64,000 nt of DNA from Bacteroidales bacterium (GTDB lineage Bacteria; Bacteroidota; Bacteroidia; Bacteroidales; ML635J-15), in assembly GCA_003249955.1 (NCBI GenBank), contig QKHS01000042.1:7889-71888 (forward strand), written 5' to 3'. A program made the translations under genes and the position numbers. The notes beneath the pieces are model-generated. The model ran no database searches. It was given only the letters and a program-made list of their open reading frames with translations, and had not been told where the DNA came from. Shown here in pieces: positions 1 through 9,087 of the stretch (the first letter of the stretch is position 1; each line of letters opens with the position of its first letter).

Positions 1-1
1 A

Positions 2-1501
2 ATGGTAAGAGTACGTTTTGCACCAAGTCCTACAGGTCCTCTGCATATCGGCGGAGTAAGAACAGCTTTGTTTAATTATTTATTTGCACGTCATCACGGC
101 GGCACAATGATTCTCCGTATCGAAGATACAGACCAGACACGCTTTGTTGAAGGTGCCGAAGAATACATAATGAACTCTCTCGCATGGTGCGGGATTAATT
201 TCGACGAAGGTATCCGCGAAGGAGGAAACTTCGGACCATACCGCCAAAGTAACCGTCGTGAAATTTATGCAGAATATGCAAAAATCCTGATTGAGAAAGA
301 AAGTGTTTACATGGCTTTCGATACTGCAGAGGAGCTTGATGCCCTTAGAGCAGATGCCGAATCAAAAGGACAGACCTTCACTTATAATTATGCAACAAGA
401 CAAAATCTAAAAAACAGCCTGAATCTGTCAAAAGAAGAAATACAGTCTCTTATTGACAACGGCACCCCATATGTTTTACGGTTTAAAATGCCGGAAAACC
501 GCGTAGTTGAACTTTATGATGAAATTCGTGGCAATATAAAATTTAACACTAACGAGCTGGACGATAAAGTATTAATGAAAACTGACGGTCTGCCGACATA
601 CCACATGGCCAATATTGTTGATGATCATTTGATGGAAATAACCCACGTAATTCGTGGCGAAGAATGGCTGCCGTCTCTCCCGCTTCATGCATTACTTTAC
701 GAAGCGTTTGGCTGGACAGCTCCCAAATTTGCCCACCTGCCGCTTATTTTAAAGCCAAGCGGTAAAGGCAAACTTAGTAAACGCGACGGCGACCAGTTAG
801 GATTTCCGGTATTCCCTACCGAATGGCACTCAGGCGAAGAAGTATTCCGTGGCTATCGCGAAGACGGATATTTCCCGGAAGCATTTATAAACATGCTGGC
901 AATGTTGGGTTGGAATCCGGGAACCGAGCAGGAGATATTCTCTATGGACGAACTCATTGCTGCATTCTCTCTCGAAAGAGTCGGCAAAAGCGGAAGCCGC
1001 TTCGATCCTGACAAGACAAAATGGTTCAATCACCAGTATCTGGTAAAGAAAACCGGGAAAGAACTGGCTGAACTGTATATACCTGTTCTAAAAGAAAAAG
1101 GAATTAACGCAGAAGAATCTCTGGTTGAGAGAATCTGCGAAATGCTTAAAGAGAGAGTACGTTTCATAAGCGAATTATGGGACGAATCATGTTTCTTCTT
1201 TGAAGAACCTGCAGAATACGATGAGAAATTTCTGAAAAAAGCCTGCAAAGAAGATACTGCTGAATTAATGAAGAAATTAGTTGACATATTGACTCCGCTT
1301 GATGATTTTAGTTCCGCTAATACCGAAGCTGCTGTAAAATCATGGCTAGAAGCTGCCGAAATCGGCTTTGGAAGAGTAATGTCTCCTTTCCGTTTAGCTT
1401 TGGTTGGAGCCGGCAAAGGTCCTCACGTTTTCGATATAACTGAAATTATTGGTAAAGAAGAAACTCTGAAAAGGCTAAAGAAACTTATCTGCAAACTCTG
1501 A
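2..1501 (+). CDS. gltX: glutamate--tRNA ligase
   Basis: N-terminal VRVRFAPSPTGPLHIGG (HIGH-type motif), LRIEDTD, THVIRGEEW and KLSKR (KMSKS-type) class I synthetase motifs. Confidence 0.97.
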   Translation: MVRVRFAPSPTGPLHIGGVRTALFNYLFARHHGGTMILRIEDTDQTRFVEGAEEYIMNSLAWCGINFDEGIREGGNFGPYRQSNRREIYAEYAKILIEKESVYMAFDTAEELDALRADAESKGQTFTYNYATRQNLKNSLNLSKEEIQSLIDNGTPYVLRFKMPENRVVELYDEIRGNIKFNTNELDDKVLMKTDGLPTYHMANIVDDHLMEITHVIRGEEWLPSLPLHALLYEAFGWTAPKFAHLPLILKPSGKGKLSKRDGDQLGFPVFPTEWHSGEEVFRGYREDGYFPEAFINMLAMLGWNPGTEQEIFSMDELIAAFSLERVGKSGSRFDPDKTKWFNHQYLVKKTGKELAELYIPVLKEKGINAEESLVERICEMLKERVRFISELWDESCFFFEEPAEYDEKFLKKACKEDTAELMKKLVDILTPLDDFSSANTEAAVKSWLEAAEIGFGRVMSPFRLALVGAGKGPHVFDITEIIGKEETLKRLKKLICKL

Positions 1502-1934
1502 TCAGATAATTATCAGGAGTCAAAAGACCGGTTTTGGTTATTAAACTTTATCTTATTATTTTTTTAGTCTGATATTATCTCGGGATAAACAATCTGAACA
1601 GAATCCTGGACGAGGTTTCAAACATGATTTTTGAGTTATTGTTTCTTTATTAACATTAATCATATCTTTTATTTAACCTGTATCCGCAAAAAACATAAAC
1701 CGGGTTAAATAATTCCGGGATAATATTCATAGGGAATAAAATGAAAAGCCGGGTTATTGTTTTTTTCGATAATTTTACGCTCCGGACTTCAAACTTTCCA
1801 TTCGTCATTCACCCCCCTATTTATCCCGTTTACCGAAACGATATTTTGATGTTTTTGCCTTTAGGATACTTTTGATGCTGTAAAAGTTTTTTCGGTATCA
1901 GGACACAAATATTAATTATTTGTTAAATAATGAC

Positions 1935-1971
1935 AGAAAACTTTAAAAACTAAAAAAGTTTTCTAGTTTTG
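1935..1971 (+). promoter_or_regulatory. putative TetR operator overlapping the Bacteroidota -7 promoter box
   Basis: Perfect 10-bp inverted repeat AGAAAACTTT (1935-1944) / AAAGTTTTCT (1955-1964), overlapping by one base TAGTTTTG (1964-1971, matches TAnnTTTG), 15 bp upstream of the tetR ATG. Confidence 0.6.
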
Positions 1972-1986
1972 CGGGAAATTTAAAAA

Positions 1987-2583
1987 ATGGACACAAGATT
2001 AAGAATATTGAAAGAAGCCGGCATAATGTTTTCCAGATATGGCATAAGAAGTGTCACAATGGATAACATAGCAAATGAGCTTGGTATTTCAAAGCGCACC
2101 CTGTACGAAACATTTAAAGACAAGGACGATTTGGTTGCACAAGCAATAGAAGAAGGTGCCAAAGCTCACAAAAAATTCTGCTACAAAATTGTGGATGAAA
2201 GTAATAATGTTATTGAAGCTATTTTTAAAATTGGGAAACTAAACAGTGAAATGTTTGGGAAAATGAATCCTCTTTTCTTCGAGGATCTTAAAAAATTCCA
2301 TTCTGCAATTTTTAACAATATACATCAAAAAGGAGAATTCCGCGATTACATGTTAACCAAATCGCTTTTTGAAAAAGGAATAAAAGAAGGTGTTTTTTCA
2401 GATAAAATAAACATTGAAATAGTTAACATTTTTGTTCACAGAACAATAGATATAATTCACACCCCTGAAATGGAGGGATTCAGCAATGATGACATAGCCA
2501 AATCTGTTCTTTTGCCATTTTTCTCAGGCATATCTACAGATAAGGGAAAAGAGTTGATTGATAAGTATTTACAGACATTTTAA
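1987..2583 (+). CDS. TetR/AcrR family transcriptional regulator
   Basis: N-terminal HTH FSRYGIRSVTMDNIANELGISKRTLYETFKDK; first gene of an efflux operon. Confidence 0.95.
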   Translation: MDTRLRILKEAGIMFSRYGIRSVTMDNIANELGISKRTLYETFKDKDDLVAQAIEEGAKAHKKFCYKIVDESNNVIEAIFKIGKLNSEMFGKMNPLFFEDLKKFHSAIFNNIHQKGEFRDYMLTKSLFEKGIKEGVFSDKINIEIVNIFVHRTIDIIHTPEMEGFSNDDIAKSVLLPFFSGISTDKGKELIDKYLQTF

Positions 2584-2593
2584 TTTAATAAAC

Positions 2594-3973
2594 ATGAGAA
2601 GAAGATTTTTTTTATTAGGATTTTTAATAGCTGCCATTCCGGGATTTGCACAGGAGACTTCGGTACTGAAGTTAAATATGCAGGAAGCTCAGGACTATGC
2701 TGTTGAACACAACAAAAGTTTAAAAAATGTACGTACAGACGTTGCAATAGCAAAACAAAAGCTATGGCAAACAGTTTCACAGGGATTACCTCAGGCATCG
2801 GCCACCATCGATTACACAAACTACTTTAATTATCAGATAGAGTTTGGATTAGGCGGAGATAGCGAAACCCCGACAATTGATTACACTCTTCTTGATGCCG
2901 GAGATTTGCAGATTCTGAGTTTTCTGCAGCAATCAATGGGCAGTGGTTCTACCACGATAACAATGAAGAACTCATCAAGTGCAAAATTACAGGTCTCACA
3001 ACTTATATTCAACGGGCAATACTTTACCGGAATAAATCTGGCAAAAATCGGTCAGTTATTGGCAGATCTTAATGTAGTAAAATCAGAAATTGACATTCGG
3101 GAGTCTGTAATAAGTACATATTATACAGGTTTGCTTACTGCAAAATCACTTGAAATAATAGATGCAAATCTGGAGAATCTTAACCAGACACTCATAAAAA
3201 CAAAGGCTATGCTTGAGGTTGGAATTGCTGAAGAAACAGATGTTGACCAGATTGTTATGTCTGTAACAATGCTTGAAAACACAAGAAGAGCTTTGCTACG
3301 TAATATTGAATTAAACAATAATATTATGAAGTTCCAGCTAGGTCTGGACAGCGATGTGGAAATTGAGCTTACAGAAGACTTCGACAATGTTCTTGCAAAC
3401 GTAAACGTGGCAGACTTACTTGTTAATAAGTTCTCACCATCAGATAACATAACAATTCAAATGATGGAAAAACAGGAAGAGATGACTGCAAAATTACTGG
3501 AAATGGAAAAATGGACTTATGCTCCGAGTATAGTCGGAGTATATAGTCACAACGAAAAGCTTGTTACCACCGATTTTGACATGAATCCTAAAAATCTGGT
3601 CAGCCTTAACATGTCTATTCCTATATTCTCAAGCGGACTTAGAAACGCAAAAGTAGAACAGAAAAAACTGGAATTATACCAATTGCAGAACTCTAAAGAA
3701 ATTGTTACAGATCAGCTGATTATGCAGGAAAAACAGTTGAGATACAATCTTACTTCGGCACTTGAACAATACCAAAGCCAAAAGGAGAATATCAAGCTGG
3801 CTCAGAAAATATACAATAATACAGAGTTAAGATTCCAACAGGGAATTGCATCAAGTTTCGATCTGATACAGGCAAACAGTAATCTGCTACAGGCAGAAAA
3901 CAATTACATATCATCTGCAATGGAATTATTGCAGGCAAAATTAAAATTAGACAAATTAATGAGTAAAATTTAA
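2594..3973 (+). CDS. TolC family outer membrane efflux protein
   Basis: Signal peptide from ATG 2594 (MRRRFFLLGFLIAAIPGFA), amphipathic helical repeats, SIPIFSSG and RFQQGIASSFDLIQA; lies upstream of MFP and RND genes. Confidence 0.92.
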   Translation: MRRRFFLLGFLIAAIPGFAQETSVLKLNMQEAQDYAVEHNKSLKNVRTDVAIAKQKLWQTVSQGLPQASATIDYTNYFNYQIEFGLGGDSETPTIDYTLLDAGDLQILSFLQQSMGSGSTTITMKNSSSAKLQVSQLIFNGQYFTGINLAKIGQLLADLNVVKSEIDIRESVISTYYTGLLTAKSLEIIDANLENLNQTLIKTKAMLEVGIAEETDVDQIVMSVTMLENTRRALLRNIELNNNIMKFQLGLDSDVEIELTEDFDNVLANVNVADLLVNKFSPSDNITIQMMEKQEEMTAKLLEMEKWTYAPSIVGVYSHNEKLVTTDFDMNPKNLVSLNMSIPIFSSGLRNAKVEQKKLELYQLQNSKEIVTDQLIMQEKQLRYNLTSALEQYQSQKENIKLAQKIYNNTELRFQQGIASSFDLIQANSNLLQAENNYISSAMELLQAKLKLDKLMSKI

Positions 3974-3996
3974 AAATAAAATACAGTTACAATATT

Positions 3997-5064
3997 ATGA
4001 AAACAAGAAATTTATTATCAGTAATCCTGATTTTCACAGCAGGTGTGGTTGCAATATCTTGCGGAAGCGGATCAAAAGCCAAACCGGGAAATGAAACCGA
4101 AAGCAGCTCTGAAGAAAAAGTAAAAAGTGTTAAAGTAATGACTTTAAGCGAAGAAAAAGTTTCCAGAGATGTTGATTATTCAGCAAATTTATCTCCTTTT
4201 GAAGAAGTATATCTGGCTCCTTCAACTCCGGGAAGAATCATAAAAATATATCCTGAAATAGGGACACGCGTTTCGGCAGGACAAACTTTGGTTCAGATGG
4301 ACCCCACACAATTAAACAACTCTGTTCTTCAGTTGGCAAGTCTGGAAAAAGACTTACAACGCTTCGACACACTTATTCAATACGGCGGTATCTCCAAACA
4401 ACAATACGACCAGATAAAAACCCAATATGATGTAACGAAAGCAAATGTAGAGCTTTTACAGACAAATATTACTCTTGCTGCCCCGTTTTCCGGTATTATT
4501 ACTGCCAAATATTTCGAAAACGGAGAAGTTTATTCAGGTGCTCCAAACACACAGGCAGGGAAAGCGGCTATTGTAGTATTACAACAAATATCTCCGATAA
4601 AAGCAACAATAAGCGTTTCGGAAAAATACTTCCCGGTAGTAAAAAAAGGTTTAAAGGTTAATCTTAAATCAGATATATATCCCGACAAAGTATTTGAAGG
4701 AACAGTTTCTTTAATTCACCCGACCATTAACTCGGCAACCAAAACTTTCGATGTCGAAATTGAAGTTCAGAACCGTGAAGAACTTTTACGCCCCGGAATG
4801 TTTGCCCGTGTAAACATGGAATTTGCAAAAGAAGACGCTTTAGTAGTGCCTGCAGTTGCAGTATTACAGCAAAGAGGAACAAACAACCGGTATATTTTTG
4901 TTTACGACAATGGTATCGCAAAGAAAATTGATGTTCAGATTGGAAAAAGATTTGACGACAAAATCGAAATAGTTTCCGACCAGATTAAATTAAACGACCA
5001 ATTAATTATAGCCGGACACAACAACCTGGTTGATGGTGCAAAAGTGACTATAGCTGAAAACTAA
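3997..5064 (+). CDS. RND efflux periplasmic adaptor (membrane fusion lipoprotein)
   Basis: Lipobox-like AISC, lipoyl-like halves (GRIIKIYPEIGTRV, LAAPFSGII), LRPGMFARV. Confidence 0.93.
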   Translation: MKTRNLLSVILIFTAGVVAISCGSGSKAKPGNETESSSEEKVKSVKVMTLSEEKVSRDVDYSANLSPFEEVYLAPSTPGRIIKIYPEIGTRVSAGQTLVQMDPTQLNNSVLQLASLEKDLQRFDTLIQYGGISKQQYDQIKTQYDVTKANVELLQTNITLAAPFSGIITAKYFENGEVYSGAPNTQAGKAAIVVLQQISPIKATISVSEKYFPVVKKGLKVNLKSDIYPDKVFEGTVSLIHPTINSATKTFDVEIEVQNREELLRPGMFARVNMEFAKEDALVVPAVAVLQQRGTNNRYIFVYDNGIAKKIDVQIGKRFDDKIEIVSDQIKLNDQLIIAGHNNLVDGAKVTIAEN

Positions 5065-5081
5065 TTTTAAAAAACACGAAA

Positions 5082-8000
5082 ATGAGTATATATAAAAGTG
5101 CTGTTAAAAACCCGATTACCACATTGATGATTTTTGTGGCAATAATGGTTTTCGGAGTTTACTCACTGAGCAAACTCCCAGTGGATCTGTATCCGGAAAT
5201 GGAACTGCCGGCAATTACGGTAATGACCATTTACACCGGTGCAAACTCCAGCGATATAGAAACAAATATTACAAAACCAATTGAAAACTCCCTTAACTCT
5301 CTTGACAACCTTAAAGAAGTAACATCTACCTCGAAAGACAACTTATCAATTGTAACTGTTGAATTTGAGTGGGGGTCAAATCTGGACGAAGCTGCCAATG
5401 ACATAAGAAACTCCCTGGAATTTGTTAAGAAAAGCCTGCCTGACGAAGCAGAGTCTCCTATAATTTACAAATTCAATTCGAGTCTGATGCCGATTTTGTT
5501 CTATGCTATAACGGCAGATGAAAGTTACGAAGGAATTGACAAAATTATGGAGGAAAAAGTTATTAATCCTCTGAATCGTATTGAAGGTATCGGATCTGTA
5601 GGTTTATCAGGTATTCCGGAAAGAAAAATATACGTTGAAGTCGATCCTGTAAAACTTGAATCTATGAAGATTTCCGTCGAAATGATTGGCGGAATAATTC
5701 AGGCTGAAAACATTAACGTTCCCGCCGGTAATGTAAAAATGGGAAAAATGGATTACCAGCTTAAAGTGGAAGGTGAATTTGTTGAAAGTGAAGAAATTGC
5801 AAATATTGTTCTCGGCAACTTTAACGGACAAACAATCCGGATACGTGATGTGGCAACGGTAAGAGACTCTGTTAAAGACATGTCTGTTGACGAAAGAATA
5901 AACGGCGAAAGAGGTATCAGAATGTTTGTTCAGAAACAATCCGGAGGAAACACCGTAGAAGTGGCAAAACTGGTAAAAGAAGAAATCGCCAAAATTCAGA
6001 AAACACTTCCTCCTGACATCCATATAGTTCCTATTTTCGACTCGTCAGAGTTTGTCAGTAATTCCATCAATAACCTTACCGAGACGTTAATGTATGCTTT
6101 TATCTTTGTTGTTCTTGTTGTCCTTGTTTTCCTCGGGCGTTGGCGTGCAACATTTATAATCGTACTTACAATCCCGATATCACTTATTGTTGCATTTATC
6201 TTCCTGAGCGTTTCGGGAAGCTCCATAAACATTATTTCGCTAACCTCACTATCTATAGCGATAGGGATGGTCGTGGATGATGCAATTGTCGTTCTGGAAA
6301 ATATCGCAAAACACATCGACAGAGGATCAAGTCCGCGCGAAGCAGCTATTTATGCAACAAACGAAGTATGGCTGGCTGTAATCGTTACAACTCTTGTTGT
6401 TGTTGCCGTTTTTATGCCGTTAACACTTGTAAGTGGTATTACCGGAGTATTGTTCAAACAATTAGGCTGGATCGTTACAATTACAATTGTTACATCAACC
6501 CTCGCCGCTATTACGCTTACTCCTATGTTAAGCTCAAAATTGCTCAGACTTACACCTCCGAGCAAGAAAAAGTTCAGCTACGACAATACTATTAAAAAAG
6601 TTCTCGACAAACTGGATAACCTTTACGAAAGAATAATAAGATTCGTACTTAAACATAAAATAAAATCACTGATTGTTGCATTGTTAATATTTATTTCCAC
6701 AATGTTCCTTATTCCGTCAATCGGGACAGAATTTATGCCCGAAGCTGATCAGGGCAGGGTAACTGCTACCATTGAACTTCAAACCGGGGTAAGAGTGGAA
6801 GAAACTTCAAAAATTGCAAGACAGATTGAAGAAGTTGCAAAGGCAAAATATCCGGAAGCAGAGTTGATATCCACATCATCAGGAGCTGATGATACCGGAG
6901 GTATTTCCTCAATTTTCGGCACCTCTGGCTCAAATATCATAACACTATCCATAAGATTAAACTCTTTTGAAGACAGAGACAGATCATGCTGGGATATAGG
7001 TAATGATTTAAGAACGGAATTAGATAAAATTCCTGAAATAAATGATTATAAAATTACCTATTCGAGCGGGATGCAGATGGGTGGAGACAATTCAATCAAA
7101 GTTGAGATATACGGTTATGATTTTGACTCAACAAACAGAGTTGCATACGAAATCTCGGAAAAAATAAAAAGTCTGGAAACTGCACGCGATGTACAGTTGA
7201 GCCGTGATGAAATGAAACCTGAACTTGAGTATAAAATTAATCGTGAAAAAATGTCTCTCTTCGGATTAAATACGGCCACTGTTTCCATGGCATTGCGAAA
7301 CCGGGTACTGGGTCTTACAGCATCTTACTTCCGTGAAGACGGAGACGAGTTTGATATTGTTGTAAGACTTAACGAAGATGTGCGTAACTCAATAAGTAAT
7401 ATAGAAGACATAGTTGTAACCAACTCCCAGGGTACTCAGGTAAGATTGGGAGATATCGGCGAAGTTGTTGAAACATGGGTACCTCCTACAATTGAGCACA
7501 AACGTCGCGAAAGGATCGTTACAATCTCGGTGTCACCGTATAAAACCTCTATGGGTAATCTTGCCAAAGAAATTGATAAGATTATTAACGAAACAGAAGT
7601 CCCGAACGGAGTTCTGGTTGACATCGGCGGAGCTTACGAAGATCAGCAGGAATCTTTTATGGATCTTGGCTTCCTTATGCTGATTTCACTTATACTTGTT
7701 TATATTGTGATGGCATCACAGTTCGAGTCATTTAAAATACCTCTTATCATAATGTTCTCTATACCGTTCTCGTTCTCAGGTGTTGTTCTGGCATTGTGGA
7801 TGACAGGAACAAACCTAAGTATTATTGCTGCTCTCGGTGCGGTATTGCTGATTGGTATCGTTGTCAAGAACGCTATTGTCCTTGTTGACTACATTAACCT
7901 TATGAGAGACAGAGGCTACGATCTTACAGAAGCAATTGCTTTGAGCGGAAAATCAAGGCTGAGACCGGTACTTATGACAGCCCTCACAACAGGTTTGGGA

Positions 8001-8198
8001 ATGTTGCCACTTGCATTAAGTAGTGGTGAAGGTTCCGAAATGTGGACTCCAATGGGTATTGCAGTTATCGGAGGGCTTTTATTCTCTACTGTTCTTACTC
8101 TGGTTGTTATTCCTGTAATTTATGCAATACTGGAACGTCCGGGAGCCAGAAGAAGAAAAAAACTGGCGCACCAAAAGAATTTTGAATTTATGAATTAA
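5082..8198 (+). CDS. AcrB/AcrD/AcrF family RND efflux permease
   Basis: 1038 aa with an RND-type hydrophobicity pattern; proton-relay motifs IGMVVDDAIVVLEN, IGIVVKNAIVLVD and RLRPVLMT. Confidence 0.96.
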   Translation: MSIYKSAVKNPITTLMIFVAIMVFGVYSLSKLPVDLYPEMELPAITVMTIYTGANSSDIETNITKPIENSLNSLDNLKEVTSTSKDNLSIVTVEFEWGSNLDEAANDIRNSLEFVKKSLPDEAESPIIYKFNSSLMPILFYAITADESYEGIDKIMEEKVINPLNRIEGIGSVGLSGIPERKIYVEVDPVKLESMKISVEMIGGIIQAENINVPAGNVKMGKMDYQLKVEGEFVESEEIANIVLGNFNGQTIRIRDVATVRDSVKDMSVDERINGERGIRMFVQKQSGGNTVEVAKLVKEEIAKIQKTLPPDIHIVPIFDSSEFVSNSINNLTETLMYAFIFVVLVVLVFLGRWRATFIIVLTIPISLIVAFIFLSVSGSSINIISLTSLSIAIGMVVDDAIVVLENIAKHIDRGSSPREAAIYATNEVWLAVIVTTLVVVAVFMPLTLVSGITGVLFKQLGWIVTITIVTSTLAAITLTPMLSSKLLRLTPPSKKKFSYDNTIKKVLDKLDNLYERIIRFVLKHKIKSLIVALLIFISTMFLIPSIGTEFMPEADQGRVTATIELQTGVRVEETSKIARQIEEVAKAKYPEAELISTSSGADDTGGISSIFGTSGSNIITLSIRLNSFEDRDRSCWDIGNDLRTELDKIPEINDYKITYSSGMQMGGDNSIKVEIYGYDFDSTNRVAYEISEKIKSLETARDVQLSRDEMKPELEYKINREKMSLFGLNTATVSMALRNRVLGLTASYFREDGDEFDIVVRLNEDVRNSISNIEDIVVTNSQGTQVRLGDIGEVVETWVPPTIEHKRRERIVTISVSPYKTSMGNLAKEIDKIINETEVPNGVLVDIGGAYEDQQESFMDLGFLMLISLILVYIVMASQFESFKIPLIIMFSIPFSFSGVVLALWMTGTNLSIIAALGAVLLIGIVVKNAIVLVDYINLMRDRGYDLTEAIALSGKSRLRPVLMTALTTGLGMLPLALSSGEGSEMWTPMGIAVIGGLLFSTVLTLVVIPVIYAILERPGARRRKKLAHQKNFEFMN

Positions 8199-8204
8199 AA
8201 CAAA

Positions 8205-8272
8205 CGGGAGACAAAAGGCCGGAGACCGTAGAAAATAAAATTTTTCTTCCGTCTTCTGCCCGCTGCCTCCGG
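8205..8272. repeat. inverted pair of degenerate heptamer tandem arrays
   Basis: CGGGAGA CAAAAGG CCGGAGA CCGTAGA (8205-8232), 12-bp A/T spacer, TCTTCCG TCTTCTG CCCGCTG CCTCCGG (8245-8272); GC-rich inside an AT-rich spacer, arms loosely complementary. Confidence 0.55.
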
Positions 8273-8288
8273 TAAAAAAAATAAAAAT

Positions 8289-8582
8289 ATGAAAGCAGTT
8301 TTTATAGTATTTAACCAGGCACTTACCGAAAAAGTAGAATACATGCTTGACAAATTAAATGTCAGAGGATTTTCTCAGTGGGAAGGGATTCAGGGACGTG
8401 GCAGTGTTGACGGCGATCCTCATTACGGTAATCACACATGGCCTGAAATTAATATTGCCACAATAGCAATTGTAGAAGATGACATGGTTGACATTATTCT
8501 TGAGAAAGTAAAGAAAATTGATGAGATAAACAAAGAAGTCGGTATCAGAGCATTTGTCTGGAATATCGAGAAAATGATTTAA
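8289..8582 (+). CDS. P-II-like transporter-associated protein (PG0541-like family)
   Basis: 97 aa, MKAVFIVFNQ...RGFSQWEGIQGRGS...HTWP...GIRAFVWNIE resembles the P-II fold layout; last gene of the RND operon. Confidence 0.75.
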   Translation: MKAVFIVFNQALTEKVEYMLDKLNVRGFSQWEGIQGRGSVDGDPHYGNHTWPEINIATIAIVEDDMVDIILEKVKKIDEINKEVGIRAFVWNIEKMI

Positions 8583-8612
8583 TTTCTCCTGTGATATAGT
8601 TGATAGTAGTAT

Positions 8613-8658
8613 AAAGCGGTTGAACAGCTTAATGTTGATCAACTGCTTTTTTGTTTTT
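8613..8658 (+). terminator. probable intrinsic terminator of the efflux operon
   Basis: AAAGCGGTTGA...TCAACTGCTTT stem (one G-U pair) followed by a T-rich tract, between convergent genes. Confidence 0.6.
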
Positions 8659-8680
8659 TACATTAACCACCCGGCAACGG

Positions 8681-9025
8681 CTAAAGCAAGTCTCTCTCCT
8701 TTCTGCTTAATTTTGCAACAACCAGATCATAGGAATGATCTATAAGTTCTAAAATCAATTCGTGAGGGACACTTCCATCAATGTCAATCTGATTCCACAT
8801 AGTTTTATTCATATGATAAGCCCCTGTAATTGAAGAGTAATGCTCCCTAAGTTCAACAGCACGGTCAGGATCACATTTCAAAACTATATTCGCAGGTTTT
8901 TCCAATGCAGACAAAGCAAACATCTTACCGGCAACCTTAAAAACAAGGGTATCTTCATCAAACGGGAAGCATTCTGTAACGGCCTTCTTACCCAGACAAT
9001 ACTCCCTTATTTCTTCTACATTCAT
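8681..9025 (-). CDS. MmcQ/YjbR family DNA-binding protein
   Basis: FPFDEDTLVFKVAGKMFAL, LKCDP, AYHMNKTMWN, LIDHSYDLV signature segments. Confidence 0.9.
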   Translation of the reverse strand: MNVEEIREYCLGKKAVTECFPFDEDTLVFKVAGKMFALSALEKPANIVLKCDPDRAVELREHYSSITGAYHMNKTMWNQIDIDGSVPHELILELIDHSYDLVVAKLSRKERDLL

Positions 9026-9087
9026 TTATCAAAGATATTTTTATCAAAATTCAATAAATATTCTCATTTTTGCAAAAATATTTTATC

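Noticed and set aside
1741-1875. 44-codon ORF MKSRVIVFFDNF...LPLGYF in the gltX-tetR spacer as a leader peptide
   Set aside because: It lies upstream of the apparent tetR promoter, shows no recognisable motif, and an ORF of this length can arise by chance.
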